Source: a virus (Duplodnaviria; Caudoviricetes). From it: DNA of 56,760 bases. Location of the stretch: the IMG/VR virus record IMGVR_UViG_3300044691_000555, positions 1 through 56,760 of that record. The stretch is one strand, 5' to 3'. Under the pieces are notes generated by a model. The model was not told where the DNA came from. It saw only the letters and a program-made list of their open reading frames with translations, and did no database searches. Shown piece by piece: positions 8,282-17,659 of the stretch; position 1 is the first letter of the stretch, and each line of letters begins with the position of its first letter. Position numbers and translations under genes: made by a program.

Positions 8282-10461
8282 TCGGCAGCCTCCAGCGTGA
8301 ATTCGAGATCGTCGGGGAGCTCGATCTCGCGCGGCGCGAAATTGGCGCGCACCAGCGCTTCCGCCAACGGCGGCGGCACGCTGTTGCCGCACTTCGAGAC
8401 CTGCTGGGTTTTGGTGATGGCGACGCGGTCGCCTTTCTTCCAGCCCATATCTTCGTCGTCGGCGATCGCGATGCCTTCGGCGATGATGTAGCTTTCAGGA
8501 AAGCCTTGGGCGCGGAACAATTCGCGCGGGATCAGCATCCGCATCCCGATATCGTTGATGACGTAGGGCTCGCCCTCGATCATCACGGTGACGATGGCCG
8601 CGCGATCTTTCGTGGTGACCGTATGCAGCGGATCGTCCGGCGTTTGACCGTCGCCAGTGCCGTAATATTTCTGCAGGAACGCCGCCGACAATTGCGTCTT
8701 GCCCTGCCCGTCCGCCATCACGGTCCGCGCCGGCTCGTCCAGCGACGACCCGACCCCGGTCCCGAACTGCCGCAGCAAATTCGCCGCGACCAGGCCCTGA
8801 TGCGAGCCCGTATGCAGGATGGTCGAGACCGGCGCATCGACCGGACGGCCGGGGTTGATCCCATCGCCGCGCGAGATGTTGTGCTGCGCCAGGAACGCCG
8901 CAACCAGGTGCATATGCGCGCCGCCGGCCGTGACCGTATGCGCCGGCTGATCGGCGCCCTGGAACGGCTTGCCTGCGTTGCGCATCGTCATCAGGTGCGG
9001 CGCGACGATGCCGATCGGCGCCGCCCCGCCCGGGCGCTTGAGGTAGGAATTCGAGGTCACCGTCGGTGCCGGGTGTTCGAGCGACGCGCCGACCTGGCCG
9101 CCGTGAAACTTGGTCAGATGCGGCGCGATCAGCGCATGCCGGTTTTCAGTCGTCTGCGTCCGCAACGGGTCTTCGACGCTGGCGCCGCGGCCGCTTTCGC
9201 CTTCACCTTCGCCGTAATAGGCGGACAGCACGGGCGCGATCAGCGCATGCTTGACCCCGCCGGCGACGGTCGTGCCGAGCGGCTTGTCGAGGCCGGGCAC
9301 ACGCGGTTCCTGCCCCTCGCGCTCGCCGTATCCGGTCTGGATCAGCGTCGGCACGATGATCTGGTTCTGATCCTTCGCCGATGCGGTAATGGTATGCATC
9401 GGACCGGCGGCCGCCCGGATGCTGCCACCTTGCTGCGCGGCGCTGACGAACGGCGTGACGACGACGCTATCGGCCTTCGCGGTCAACGTTTGCGCCGGCA
9501 GATCGATGCCGCGCGGTTCGGTCTGGCCCATTCGCCCGCCGACACCGGCCACGAACGGCACGGCCAGCGCCTTCTCGCCGCGATGTGCGCCGGTAATGGT
9601 CGCGATCGGATCGTCGATCGACTCGGTTCGATCGCCGCCCTGATGCGTCAGATTGACGATGAACGGCTTGGCCGCATCCAGCACGTAGCGCTTCACGCCC
9701 TTGGCGATCCGCGCCATCGTCGCCGGCTGCAGCGGCCGGACCGCCCGCAGTCCGAATCTTTCCATGATCTCCGCGGCAGTGTCGAAGATCGAGGGGCACG
9801 GCAGCGACCAGTCGATGATTTCGGCGGCCGTGCGCCATGGCAGTTTATTGCCGGCGGCAACGTCGGGATCCTTCGGGCCGCCATGCGTCGGTTTCGGCCA
9901 CACGATCGGCAGGCCATCTCTCCTCGCAATCAGGAACAGCCGCTTGCGGATGGTCGGCGCGCCATAGTCGCAGGCGCGCAATTCGCGATGCTCGACCCTG
10001 TAGCCGAGCCGCTTCAGTTCATTGACCCAGCGCTTGAAGGTCGCGCCCTTGCGCTCCGGGCACGGGCGGCCATCTATGGCCAGCGGTCCCCACGTCTGGA
10101 ATTCCTCGACGTTCTCCAGGATGATGACGCGCGGTTTGACCTGGCGCGCCCAGCGCACCACCACCCAGGCGAGGTCGCGAATGCTCTTCTCGACCGGCTT
10201 GCCGCCCTTGGCCTTGGAAAAGTGCTTGCAGTCCGGCGAGGCCCACAGCAGCCCGACCGGACGGCCATCACAGACCTGCAGCGGATCCACCTTCCAGATT
10301 GAATGCGGCAGATGCAGCGTGTCCGGATGGTTGGCCGCATGCATCGCCAGCGCAACCGCATCATGGTTGATCGCGATGTCGGGCGAGATGCCGAGCGCCC
10401 GTTCGATGCCCGTCGAGGCGCCGCCGCCGCCCGCAAAGCTGTCGACGATCAATTCCCTCAT
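8278..10461 (-). CDS. C5-cytosine DNA methyltransferase with long repetitive variable region
   Basis: 'DSFAGGGG', catalytic 'SPDC', 'ENV', 'RKRLF', C-terminal 'GNSVPP'. Confidence 0.92.
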   Translation of the reverse strand: MRELIVDSFAGGGGASTGIERALGISPDIAINHDAVALAMHAANHPDTLHLPHSIWKVDPLQVCDGRPVGLLWASPDCKHFSKAKGGKPVEKSIRDLAWVVVRWARQVKPRVIILENVEEFQTWGPLAIDGRPCPERKGATFKRWVNELKRLGYRVEHRELRACDYGAPTIRKRLFLIARRDGLPIVWPKPTHGGPKDPDVAAGNKLPWRTAAEIIDWSLPCPSIFDTAAEIMERFGLRAVRPLQPATMARIAKGVKRYVLDAAKPFIVNLTHQGGDRTESIDDPIATITGAHRGEKALAVPFVAGVGGRMGQTEPRGIDLPAQTLTAKADSVVVTPFVSAAQQGGSIRAAAGPMHTITASAKDQNQIIVPTLIQTGYGEREGQEPRVPGLDKPLGTTVAGGVKHALIAPVLSAYYGEGEGESGRGASVEDPLRTQTTENRHALIAPHLTKFHGGQVGASLEHPAPTVTSNSYLKRPGGAAPIGIVAPHLMTMRNAGKPFQGADQPAHTVTAGGAHMHLVAAFLAQHNISRGDGINPGRPVDAPVSTILHTGSHQGLVAANLLRQFGTGVGSSLDEPARTVMADGQGKTQLSAAFLQKYYGTGDGQTPDDPLHTVTTKDRAAIVTVMIEGEPYVINDIGMRMLIPRELFRAQGFPESYIIAEGIAIADDEDMGWKKGDRVAITKTQQVSKCGNSVPPPLAEALVRANFAPREIELPDDLEFTLEAAE

Positions 10462-10757
10462 CGCTGCGCCCCTTCATCGGCATTCGGTTCCGGCGTGGTC
10501 AGGATCGTCTCGACGATCTGCTGCACCGATTTCCGCTTGAACGCGCCGGCATCGGCGGCGCGTGCCAGCCGCCGCGCCCATGCTGCCGGGAAGCGCTTGA
10601 CGCTGCGCGGCCCGCCGTCGATCCCGATCACGGTGACCCGTTCCAGTTCGTGCGGGCTTTCGCGCTGTGTCGTCTCGTGCACCAGCAGCACGACGGCGTC
10701 AGCGACGCGGGCGGCGGTCGCGCCAGGCTGGCCGAGGATGGTGAGGAGGTCCGTCAT
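10458..10757 (-). CDS. Hypothetical protein
   Basis: ATGA-coupled member of the early operon. Confidence 0.55.
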   Translation of the reverse strand: MTDLLTILGQPGATAARVADAVVLLVHETTQRESPHELERVTVIGIDGGPRSVKRFPAAWARRLARAADAGAFKRKSVQQIVETILTTPEPNADEGAQR

Positions 10758-11233
10758 GCCGGCACCCGCTGCATCATCTCGCCAGCCACATCGATCGGAA
10801 TCGAGAAGAACCCCTGCGCGCCCTTGAACGGAATCGGACGGTCCAGCTTGATGACCCGGCGCCTGCGCCAGGCAAAACGTTCATCGGACCAATTCCCGCA
10901 GACGCGATCCTCATCATGGGCCGGCGACGTTCGATCCATGCGATCGCAGCTGACCAGCTCAACCGCGCCGAGGATCGCGCCCGTCGGCAGGTCCATCGCC
11001 CAATGGCCGCCGAACTCGTTCTCTAAAATCTCGCGCAGCGGATGGCCGACAGGGAAATCGCGCTCGAAACGTTTTGCGGCGTGAACGGCCAGCCAGCCGC
11101 GGTAGCCGGTTTTCCAGTGCCGCGTCTCCGTCGGCTTGCTCTCGGTCAGCCATAGTGATGCCCACGGCTGCCAGAGCGAAAACCCCTTCATGGTTGGCGC
11201 CGGATCTTCGATTTTGAAGAGATCGCCGGTCAT
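10754..11233 (-). CDS. ASCH-domain protein
   Basis: 'SLWQPWASL...K..ETRHW.T.YRG.LAVHAAK', 'GAQGFF'. Confidence 0.8.
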   Translation of the reverse strand: MTGDLFKIEDPAPTMKGFSLWQPWASLWLTESKPTETRHWKTGYRGWLAVHAAKRFERDFPVGHPLREILENEFGGHWAMDLPTGAILGAVELVSCDRMDRTSPAHDEDRVCGNWSDERFAWRRRRVIKLDRPIPFKGAQGFFSIPIDVAGEMMQRVPA

Positions 11234-11601
11234 GCCACTGCCTCGCAGGTCTGCCGGTTCAACAGTTCAAGCAGTGGATCGCCGTGGCAGGCCGCGTCGG
11301 CGGCGCACCAGCAGGCGACGTTGCGATGACGCAGCGCCTTCAAATTCTCGGCGATGTGGCTGATCACCAGCCGCTGGCTTTCGAGGCTGGCCTTGCGCGA
11401 GACCGCCAGCCGGCCGCCCAGCATCATCCGGAACAGGTGCACGCATTCCGTCCGGTCACCGTCCTCGCCGACCACGAAGGGATTGCCGAGCGGACCCGGC
11501 CTGGCGATGTTGACCGCCGGCAAGCCGTTGAGCGCCAATGAGGCCGCCTGCAGGTTAAAGCCCTTGGCGCGGGAAAGCCGGAGGCGGACGGGCTTGATCA
11601 T
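11230..11601 (-). CDS. DUF4326-like protein
   Basis: 'RPGPLGNPF', 'NVACWC....CHGD.L'. Confidence 0.75.
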   Translation of the reverse strand: MIKPVRLRLSRAKGFNLQAASLALNGLPAVNIARPGPLGNPFVVGEDGDRTECVHLFRMMLGGRLAVSRKASLESQRLVISHIAENLKALRHRNVACWCAADAACHGDPLLELLNRQTCEAVA

Positions 11602-11795
11602 GCGCAGCCCTCCGCCGGCATCGCGGCCGCCGCTTCGGCAGGGACCTTCCGGCTGGCGTTGTTGGCGTCGGCCTCGATCGCGAGATTCCGCAGATCAGGT
11701 GCCAACCATTCGAGCCCGGTTTCCCTGCCCTCCAGCCCGGCCTCGATCGCCCATGTCAGCTTGGTCGAATGAATTCGCTTGATTGGTCTCGTCAT
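11598..11795 (-). CDS. Hypothetical protein
   Basis: ATGA-coupled on both sides. Confidence 0.45.
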   Translation of the reverse strand: MTRPIKRIHSTKLTWAIEAGLEGRETGLEWLAPDLRNLAIEADANNASRKVPAEAAAAMPAEGCA

Positions 11796-12019
11796 GTCAG
11801 ACCCACTTCCTTCTCCGCGCGCATCTGCACCAGGTCGACCGCATTGAAGCCGGGGCAGCGCTCATCGAACGCCGCCTCGCATTTGTCGCCGTAGCTTGCG
11901 AACGTCGCGCCGCATCGCGGGCAGATGATGCCGGTCCCGATCCGCGCGCGAACCAGCTCCTGCACGCGCTGGCGCAGTTCGCGGATACGGTTCGGGACCT
12001 TGCGATGCGACGCGTCCAT
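11792..12019 (-). CDS. Small Cys-rich protein
   Basis: CPRC...C...C; coupled to the next gene. Confidence 0.5.
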   Translation of the reverse strand: MDASHRKVPNRIRELRQRVQELVRARIGTGIICPRCGATFASYGDKCEAAFDERCPGFNAVDLVQMRAEKEVGLT

Positions 12020-12026
12020 GTTGCGC

Positions 12027-12854
12027 TCAGCCGATCTTGCCGTAGATCGCCAGCAGCGAGGTCTTCTCCATCGCATCGGTGACGATCAGCTTGAACGCGG
12101 CCTGGCGGATGTGTTCGGCGCGGTGCAGCTTGATGCCGAGCAGCAATTTTCCTTCCTCAAGCTTCCAGCGCAGGAACGCCTGCACCTCGACATCGGGATC
12201 GCCAAAATAGACGGGGATGCCGAGCACGAACTTGGTCGGCAGTTCGATGTCGCCCTTGCTGCGGGCCTCGGTATTGTCGTTGAACTCGAAACTCTCGTTG
12301 TCGCTGTTGGTGCGGACCGCGGCGATGAAGTTGACGCTGCGGCGGGCCTGCAGATCGCGCACCGCTTCGAGTAGCGATCCGGCATCGGGCGCCTTGATGT
12401 CGGGCGCGTTCTCCTCGATGAAGCGCGCGAATTCGAGCTGCGGCTTCAATTGCCCGCTAATGCCGGTCCAGGTCTTCCACTCCTCGGACGGCGGCAGATC
12501 GAGCGTGGCCTTGTGCGAGACATGCGCGGGCTTGGCGGCGCCGTGATAATCGATCGCGCCGACGATCCGGCTAGAGACGACGTCGGCAAACATCATCGAC
12601 GTTTCGGCCTTGAACCGGTTCAGGTACTCGATCAGCGCGTCGGCGTTCTGCAGCGTGACGTCCTGCCGGATGATCTTCGGCATCAGCACTTCGAGCGCAT
12701 TGGGCGGCGTCACCTCCTTTTCGGTGAAGCCATGCGGGACGACCAGAAATTCCTTGCCGCTGTCGGATTTGACGATCGAGGCTACCCCGGCCGCTTTGAC
12801 GGCGAGCGCGGCGATGGTACCGGCTTCATTGGTGGTATCGTGCTTGTCAGCCAT
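12027..12854 (-). CDS. DUF2303 (YfdQ-like) phage protein
   Basis: 'IDYH', 'SEEWKTW', 'QLEFARFIEEN', 'IPVYFG'. Confidence 0.8.
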   Translation of the reverse strand: MADKHDTTNEAGTIAALAVKAAGVASIVKSDSGKEFLVVPHGFTEKEVTPPNALEVLMPKIIRQDVTLQNADALIEYLNRFKAETSMMFADVVSSRIVGAIDYHGAAKPAHVSHKATLDLPPSEEWKTWTGISGQLKPQLEFARFIEENAPDIKAPDAGSLLEAVRDLQARRSVNFIAAVRTNSDNESFEFNDNTEARSKGDIELPTKFVLGIPVYFGDPDVEVQAFLRWKLEEGKLLLGIKLHRAEHIRQAAFKLIVTDAMEKTSLLAIYGKIG

Positions 12855-12910
12855 GTCTAAAACTCCTCAAATGTTGGATGAAACGAGGGGGAATGCGATG
12901 CAGATCGATT

Positions 12911-13243
12911 TCAGGCGGTGCCGGCCGGACGCGCGCCGCCTTCGCTGCCGGCTTCCTTGAACATCTCGCGCTGCGCCGGGTCGGTGCGGTGCAAATCGCC
13001 GGCCTGGTCGGCGAAGAACACGGCCGACGGGAGTTCCGGCCGCGGGATTTTCGAGGTGATCGAGATCTGCAGGTCGCGCTCGGCGCCGCCGCCTTTGGCA
13101 ACCGCGACCTTGATCTTGATGGTGATCTCGCCCTTGAGGCCGGTCTCGTTGACGGCCTCGTTGAGCAGTGAGAATTCGCGGCTGGCGAGGTCGACGGCGC
13201 GGCCGTTGCGGTATTCACGAAGCACGTCAGTAATGGGACGCAT
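12911..13243 (-). CDS. YfdP-like partner of DUF2303
   Basis: 'AVNETGLKGEITIKIKV', 'FFAD..GDL.R.DP.Q'; synteny. Confidence 0.7.
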   Translation of the reverse strand: MRPITDVLREYRNGRAVDLASREFSLLNEAVNETGLKGEITIKIKVAVAKGGGAERDLQISITSKIPRPELPSAVFFADQAGDLHRTDPAQREMFKEAGSEGGARPAGTA

Positions 13244-13631
13244 GCTGGTCTCCTTTGCTGGAGGTGGAAGGGGAATGCAGGGAACGCCGATCGAGCGCCG
13301 AGCGGCCCGGCAGGGGATCGCCGAAGAAGGCCGCGGTCAGCGTCCTGTGTTCGGGCAGCGGCGGGGGCAGCGGCAAACGGTCGGCGGGCATGATGCGCAT
13401 TGCACGATTGCGCTTGCGCGGCCGGTCCAGTCGAACACGCTTCACGCCCTTGGCTATGTTGCGCAGCGTCAGCCAGCGCTGCCGGCACGACACATAGCTG
13501 CGGCCCGGGAATTCCTCGCCGAGCACCATCCAGGCATCGTCGCCGCGGATGGTCTTGCCCTCGCAAAGGTCGCGCAGCCGCGCGTCTTCGGCCGGCGTCC
13601 ACAGCACATACGCGCCCGCGGAGTCTCGCAT
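13227..13631 (-). CDS. Hypothetical protein with Myb-like 'WTPAED' N-terminus
   Basis: 'WTPAEDARL...RS..SCRQRW' resembles a SANT/Myb repeat. Confidence 0.5.
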   Translation of the reverse strand: MRDSAGAYVLWTPAEDARLRDLCEGKTIRGDDAWMVLGEEFPGRSYVSCRQRWLTLRNIAKGVKRVRLDRPRKRNRAMRIMPADRLPLPPPLPEHRTLTAAFFGDPLPGRSALDRRSLHSPSTSSKGDQHASHY

Positions 13632-14176
13632 CAGGCGACCCTCCGTGCGGACTTGCGGTTACGATCGAACCGCTCGCCTTCGGCGATCAGCAGCGCGACC
13701 GCCTTGACCAGGTTACGGCGATAATCAGCGGGCTTCCACCAATCGTGGTCCCACCCCCATATCAGGCGCCCGGTGACCTCGACGGTTTTGCTGTCCTGCC
13801 ATCGCTCGCAATAAATGACCCGCTCGCCCAAGGCGTAAGCCGCCGCAGCGCGCGCCAATTCACCTTGGGCATGGGCGTCATCGTGTGACTCGTCCCAGCC
13901 TTCGACATCTTTCTGCCGAACCCGCTCCGCGAGCCCGGCGTAGGCAAACGGCGACAGCTTCATCCGCATGCCGAAGAATTCGAACACACGCTCCAGCAGA
14001 TAGCCGCGCGCGATCGAAATCACGGTCATGATGATCGCAAAGCTGATGTTCTGGTGCAGCGAGATCGTTACGCCGAGCAGCGGCAGAATGGCCCACTGCG
14101 CAAACAACGAGATGCCGAACCCGGCGCCGGTCGAGATCACGCTTTTAAGAAAGGAAGTCGAGCGCGATTGCTTCAT
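13631..14176 (-). CDS. Two-TM protein fused to a conserved phage domain
   Basis: N-terminal TM pair; 'ERVRQ..EGW...HDD.H..GELARAAAAY...RRNLVKA.AL'. Confidence 0.65.
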   Translation of the reverse strand: MKQSRSTSFLKSVISTGAGFGISLFAQWAILPLLGVTISLHQNISFAIIMTVISIARGYLLERVFEFFGMRMKLSPFAYAGLAERVRQKDVEGWDESHDDAHAQGELARAAAAYALGERVIYCERWQDSKTVEVTGRLIWGWDHDWWKPADYRRNLVKAVALLIAEGERFDRNRKSARRVA

Positions 14177-14601
14177 GCGACCTTGTCCTTCGCCGTGAAG
14201 CGGTCACACCATCCGAGCGGGTGAACCGGCTTGCCGTTGAATTCGGAATCCGGGTTGCCGCAGACGGTCGCGACCACGCCAGGCGTCAGGCCATGCGCGC
14301 AGCTGCTGCAGGACTCTTTCGGCTGGATCGAGAAATCGGTCTGGCGCTCGTCGAGATAGGCCTGACCGCTGGCCGCCATCGCGTCCTGCACCACCTTCAT
14401 CGCCGCGTCGTGATCGGCGGCGCCGTACATCATCAGCTTCAGCGGAATCCCGACCGAGGTGAGATCGAAGTGATGCGTCTTGCCGTCCTTCATGTAGACC
14501 CACGCCGCACGCGGTACGCCGACCAGCAGCAGCGGCACGCCATCGCCTTGGCCTTCCGGCGAGATCGCGAACACGATCTTCTGTTCGATGTTCTGCACCA
14601 T
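14173..14601 (-). CDS. Hypothetical protein with C-terminal Cys cluster
   Basis: Start MVQNIEQ; CxxC...C...WC. Confidence 0.55.
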   Translation of the reverse strand: MVQNIEQKIVFAISPEGQGDGVPLLLVGVPRAAWVYMKDGKTHHFDLTSVGIPLKLMMYGAADHDAAMKVVQDAMAASGQAYLDERQTDFSIQPKESCSSCAHGLTPGVVATVCGNPDSEFNGKPVHPLGWCDRFTAKDKVA

Positions 14602-14978
14602 CAGGTCCCCACTTTCGTGCCGTCGTCCCAGATGAACTCGCCATCCGCGCCGACCGGGAAATGCGAACCGCAGCCGCAGCAGAACGTGCCGGAATAGAAT
14701 TTCGGGTCGCGGGCATAGGTTTCGGCGAGCGATTGCCCCATCGTGGTCGCGACGCCGCATTTTTGGTGGACGTAGGTCCGCTGCACCGGCCGCACGAAAC
14801 CACGCGCCCTCTCGGCATCGCTGAGCACGACATAACCCTTCTGCTGGCCATCGGGCCGCAGCTCGTCATGGCCAGGCGTCACCGGCGAGCCGTCGGTCAG
14901 CGTGCGCTGGGTCCGATCGACCGCAGGGGTGGCGCCGACCGCGCGGGCGATGCCGTCGATGATGGTTTTGACGGTCAT
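14601..14978 (-). CDS. Putative Zn-binding phage protein
   Basis: 'H.KCG..TTM', 'TFCCGC..HFPVG'. Confidence 0.65.
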   Translation of the reverse strand: MTVKTIIDGIARAVGATPAVDRTQRTLTDGSPVTPGHDELRPDGQQKGYVVLSDAERARGFVRPVQRTYVHQKCGVATTMGQSLAETYARDPKFYSGTFCCGCGSHFPVGADGEFIWDDGTKVGT

Positions 14979-16663
14979 GCCGGCACCTGTGCGTCAGACG
15001 CCGGACGTTCCGTGCGCCTCAAGAACTCTGGAATATCGAGCGGGTGCGGAGGCGCGGCAGCGTCAGCGACGCCGTTCGCTGACGGCCGACGCTTCGCGTC
15101 GCCCTGCTCGGGCATGGTTCCTACGTGCCGACCGTCGTCAGCCGTTCCGCAACCGGTGCTGGGGGCCTCGCGAGCCGTACCAGACGCCTCCCTGGGTATT
15201 TCGAAATGATCGCAGCAGACGCATTCGATCGCCGCGATGAAAAGAGGTGCCGGCGCAGGGAGCAAACCAACTGCGCCGGCGTCCGATGTCCGGCCATCGG
15301 CAACCCTACCGGCAGGCGGTTCTATACCTGGCGGCTCCTTTGGAACCGCACGCGCGCCTGCTTTCGCTTGGGAATGGTCTTTTCTTTGAACGGGATGCTG
15401 GGTGAACCGCTCGACGTCGTCTGCCTTCGTCAGCGCATCGCGGCAGCCTGGCGGAATCCAGCACGGCGCCTGCGGTTCGAGGTACTTGTCCCATACCAGC
15501 CAGACATAGGCGGTCGCGGTGTCACCTTGCGGATTCCAGCGACCCTTGCACAGCGGCACGCGCTCGACGAAAAACGCGATCTTGGTCGGCGGCCTGTCGC
15601 GGTAGATGTTTTCGTAGCGGCCGAGGGTTTCCAGGCAGCGCATTTGCACGAACATCGCGACGCCATATTGGGCGCGCGCCAAGGCCTTGATCATAAAGCT
15701 TTCGATTTTTTCGCCGAACGGCGGGTTGGTGATGATCCAGTCGGCATAGATGTCGCCGCTGTCCGGCCTGAGAAAATCGACCGGTTCGCGGCGGCTATAG
15801 CCATAGTCGTGGATATCGGTCGCGATCACCTTGCCGAAATATTCCGCCAGCACCTCGGCAATGTGGCCCTCGCCGCAGGCCGGTTCCCACACCGAATATT
15901 TTTCGATGTCGTTTTCCATCAGGTGCGGCAGCAGCACATGCTCGACCAGCGCCCGCGTCGCCCATGGCGGCGTCGGAAAGAAGTCGAGACTGTCGTCAGG
16001 CTCCAGCCTTGACGCCATGGTGGCGCGGTTACCGGACGGCAGCGCCTTTTCCAGTGCCGCCGGCTGCTCGGCTTCCGGCAGCCTGGCGATCTTTTCCGCG
16101 GCAGAGAGCGATAGGTCGCGTCGTTCGACTGCAGCGTTCAGCGGCTCGATACCTGCCTGTGCCACCAATTTGCCGGACGCCGCGGTGCGCTCACTGACAC
16201 TCAATGCTTGTGCGGCTTCCGCAGTCGAAACCTTCTGCAAATTTGCAGAAGGTTCGAGATCAGTCCGCTCCCCTTGACGCATATTGGCAAGTCGACCTGC
16301 GACCAATCCCCGCTGGCTGGTGGTCAGGTGCCGCCGCTTTAGGTTCTTCGACAACACCCACGCGAGCGGCTCGCCATCCATCGCCGGATTGAACGCGCAG
16401 AACCAGAGCTGCGGCGGATCGAGCAGTTCAGGTGAAAGAGCGTCGCCGGCCCGATGGCCCCAACCCGGGCCCAAGACTTCGCCTGACTCGGCAAGGTGTT
16501 GAAGTGCCTTGTACCGGTTGCGACCATCGAGGATCTGTCGGTCGATGAGAACGATTCGATCGCGAATGCCATTTTCGCGGATGTCATCGACAAATGCCGT
16601 AAAATCCTCGCCGTCCAGCAACGGAAACAGTTCGGCGTAAGGGTGGGCCGGAAGGTGCGTCAC
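14975..16663 (-). CDS. ParB-like N-terminal domain + HTH fused to amino-methyltransferase
   Basis: GTG start; 'HPYAELFP...ILDGRNRY'; HTH; 'DFFPTPPW', 'WEPACGEGH', 'ITNPPF'. Confidence 0.8.
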   Translation of the reverse strand: MTHLPAHPYAELFPLLDGEDFTAFVDDIRENGIRDRIVLIDRQILDGRNRYKALQHLAESGEVLGPGWGHRAGDALSPELLDPPQLWFCAFNPAMDGEPLAWVLSKNLKRRHLTTSQRGLVAGRLANMRQGERTDLEPSANLQKVSTAEAAQALSVSERTAASGKLVAQAGIEPLNAAVERRDLSLSAAEKIARLPEAEQPAALEKALPSGNRATMASRLEPDDSLDFFPTPPWATRALVEHVLLPHLMENDIEKYSVWEPACGEGHIAEVLAEYFGKVIATDIHDYGYSRREPVDFLRPDSGDIYADWIITNPPFGEKIESFMIKALARAQYGVAMFVQMRCLETLGRYENIYRDRPPTKIAFFVERVPLCKGRWNPQGDTATAYVWLVWDKYLEPQAPCWIPPGCRDALTKADDVERFTQHPVQRKDHSQAKAGARAVPKEPPGIEPPAGRVADGRTSDAGAVGLLPAPAPLFIAAIECVCCDHFEIPREASGTAREAPSTGCGTADDGRHVGTMPEQGDAKRRPSANGVADAAAPPHPLDIPEFLRRTERPASDAQVPA

Positions 16664-17091
16664 GCCACGCCCTCCCCGGCCAGCTGCGCAATTTCGCCGC
16701 GGCAGGCCTCGATCCCGACGATGATGCGGTCGAACCGCTTGCCGCGCACAAGCGCCGCGAACGGCGTCGGATCCTGTGACACGCCGCAGGGATCGAACAC
16801 GCGCGCCGAAGGTGACGCGGCATAGAGATGGCGCCAGGTGCTGCGGTTGCCGTCGACCACCACAAAGAACCGGCTCTTCGGCATATCGAGTGCGAGCATC
16901 ACGGCGTCGAGCGTGACGTCGGCGGGCCAGCACAGCAGGCCCAGCGGCGGCGCCGAGGTCGCGGTATTGGCCACGGCGTTGCGCAGGGCGGCGATCTGGC
17001 CGTCGTGATCACGGGCCGGACGCCTCAGGTTCTGCATCAGCGCGGAGCGGCCGCGACCGACCTGGCGATGCTGATGGTTCCAATTGTCCAT
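16660..17091 (-). CDS. Hypothetical protein
   Basis: Overlap-coupled in the early operon. Confidence 0.5.
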   Translation of the reverse strand: MDNWNHQHRQVGRGRSALMQNLRRPARDHDGQIAALRNAVANTATSAPPLGLLCWPADVTLDAVMLALDMPKSRFFVVVDGNRSTWRHLYAASPSARVFDPCGVSQDPTPFAALVRGKRFDRIIVGIEACRGEIAQLAGEGVA

Positions 17092-17339
17092 CAGACGAAC
17101 CCCCGGTCGATCGCCAGCCATTCCGGAATCGTCAGGTTGGCGAGCGGCAGCGTGACGCGGCCGCCCTGCCGGTCGGTGCCCTGCGTGGTCTTGCCGGTCA
17201 GGTGCTTTGAGCCGATCAGCGATTTTGCGATCCAGACCGCGCGCGTGTTGTCGCCGTCGATCGAGACCAGCACCGCGCGGCCCTTCGGCGGGTCGTAATG
17301 CATCGCCACCAGCACTTCGGTCGGGTCCTGCTTGCTCAT
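17091..17339 (-). CDS. Hypothetical protein
   Basis: 'AVWIAKS...TIPEWLA..RGF' pattern of small phage proteins. Confidence 0.6.
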   Translation of the reverse strand: MSKQDPTEVLVAMHYDPPKGRAVLVSIDGDNTRAVWIAKSLIGSKHLTGKTTQGTDRQGGRVTLPLANLTIPEWLAIDRGFV

Positions 17340-17659
17340 GACTGCGGCCCGTCGCCGGTCAGCAACCGCAGGTCAGCGGCCGCGGCCTCGCCTGCGGTCT
17401 CCGCCACCATCTCCGCGCGCAGCGACGGCTTGATCGCGAGGCCAGCGCGGATGAAGGCGGCGCCGATCCGCAGCGCCCGCTCCGGCGAAAACCCGACGCG
17501 CACGGCATTGCCGGCCTTGTCCGAGCCGAAGATGCGCACGATCGCCATATCGGGATCGGCGGTCAGCAGCATCTCGCGGGTCAGCAGTTCGCAGGCTTCG
17601 CGGCCGAATTCGGTTTCGGCTGCACCTGGCGTGGCAGATGGGGTGGCGAGGTCGTCCAT
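17336..17659 (-). CDS. Hypothetical protein
   Basis: Start abuts the stop of target 2; ATGA-coupled downstream. Confidence 0.5.
   Translation of the reverse strand: MDDLATPSATPGAAETEFGREACELLTREMLLTADPDMAIVRIFGSDKAGNAVRVGFSPERALRIGAAFIRAGLAIKPSLRAEMVAETAGEAAAADLRLLTGDGPQS

Noticed and set aside
8254-10302. 682-aa plus-strand ORF
   Set aside because: Antisense shadow of the C5 methyltransferase in GC-rich DNA; no motifs. The same applies to 26822-28537, 46285-47898 and 54069-55787
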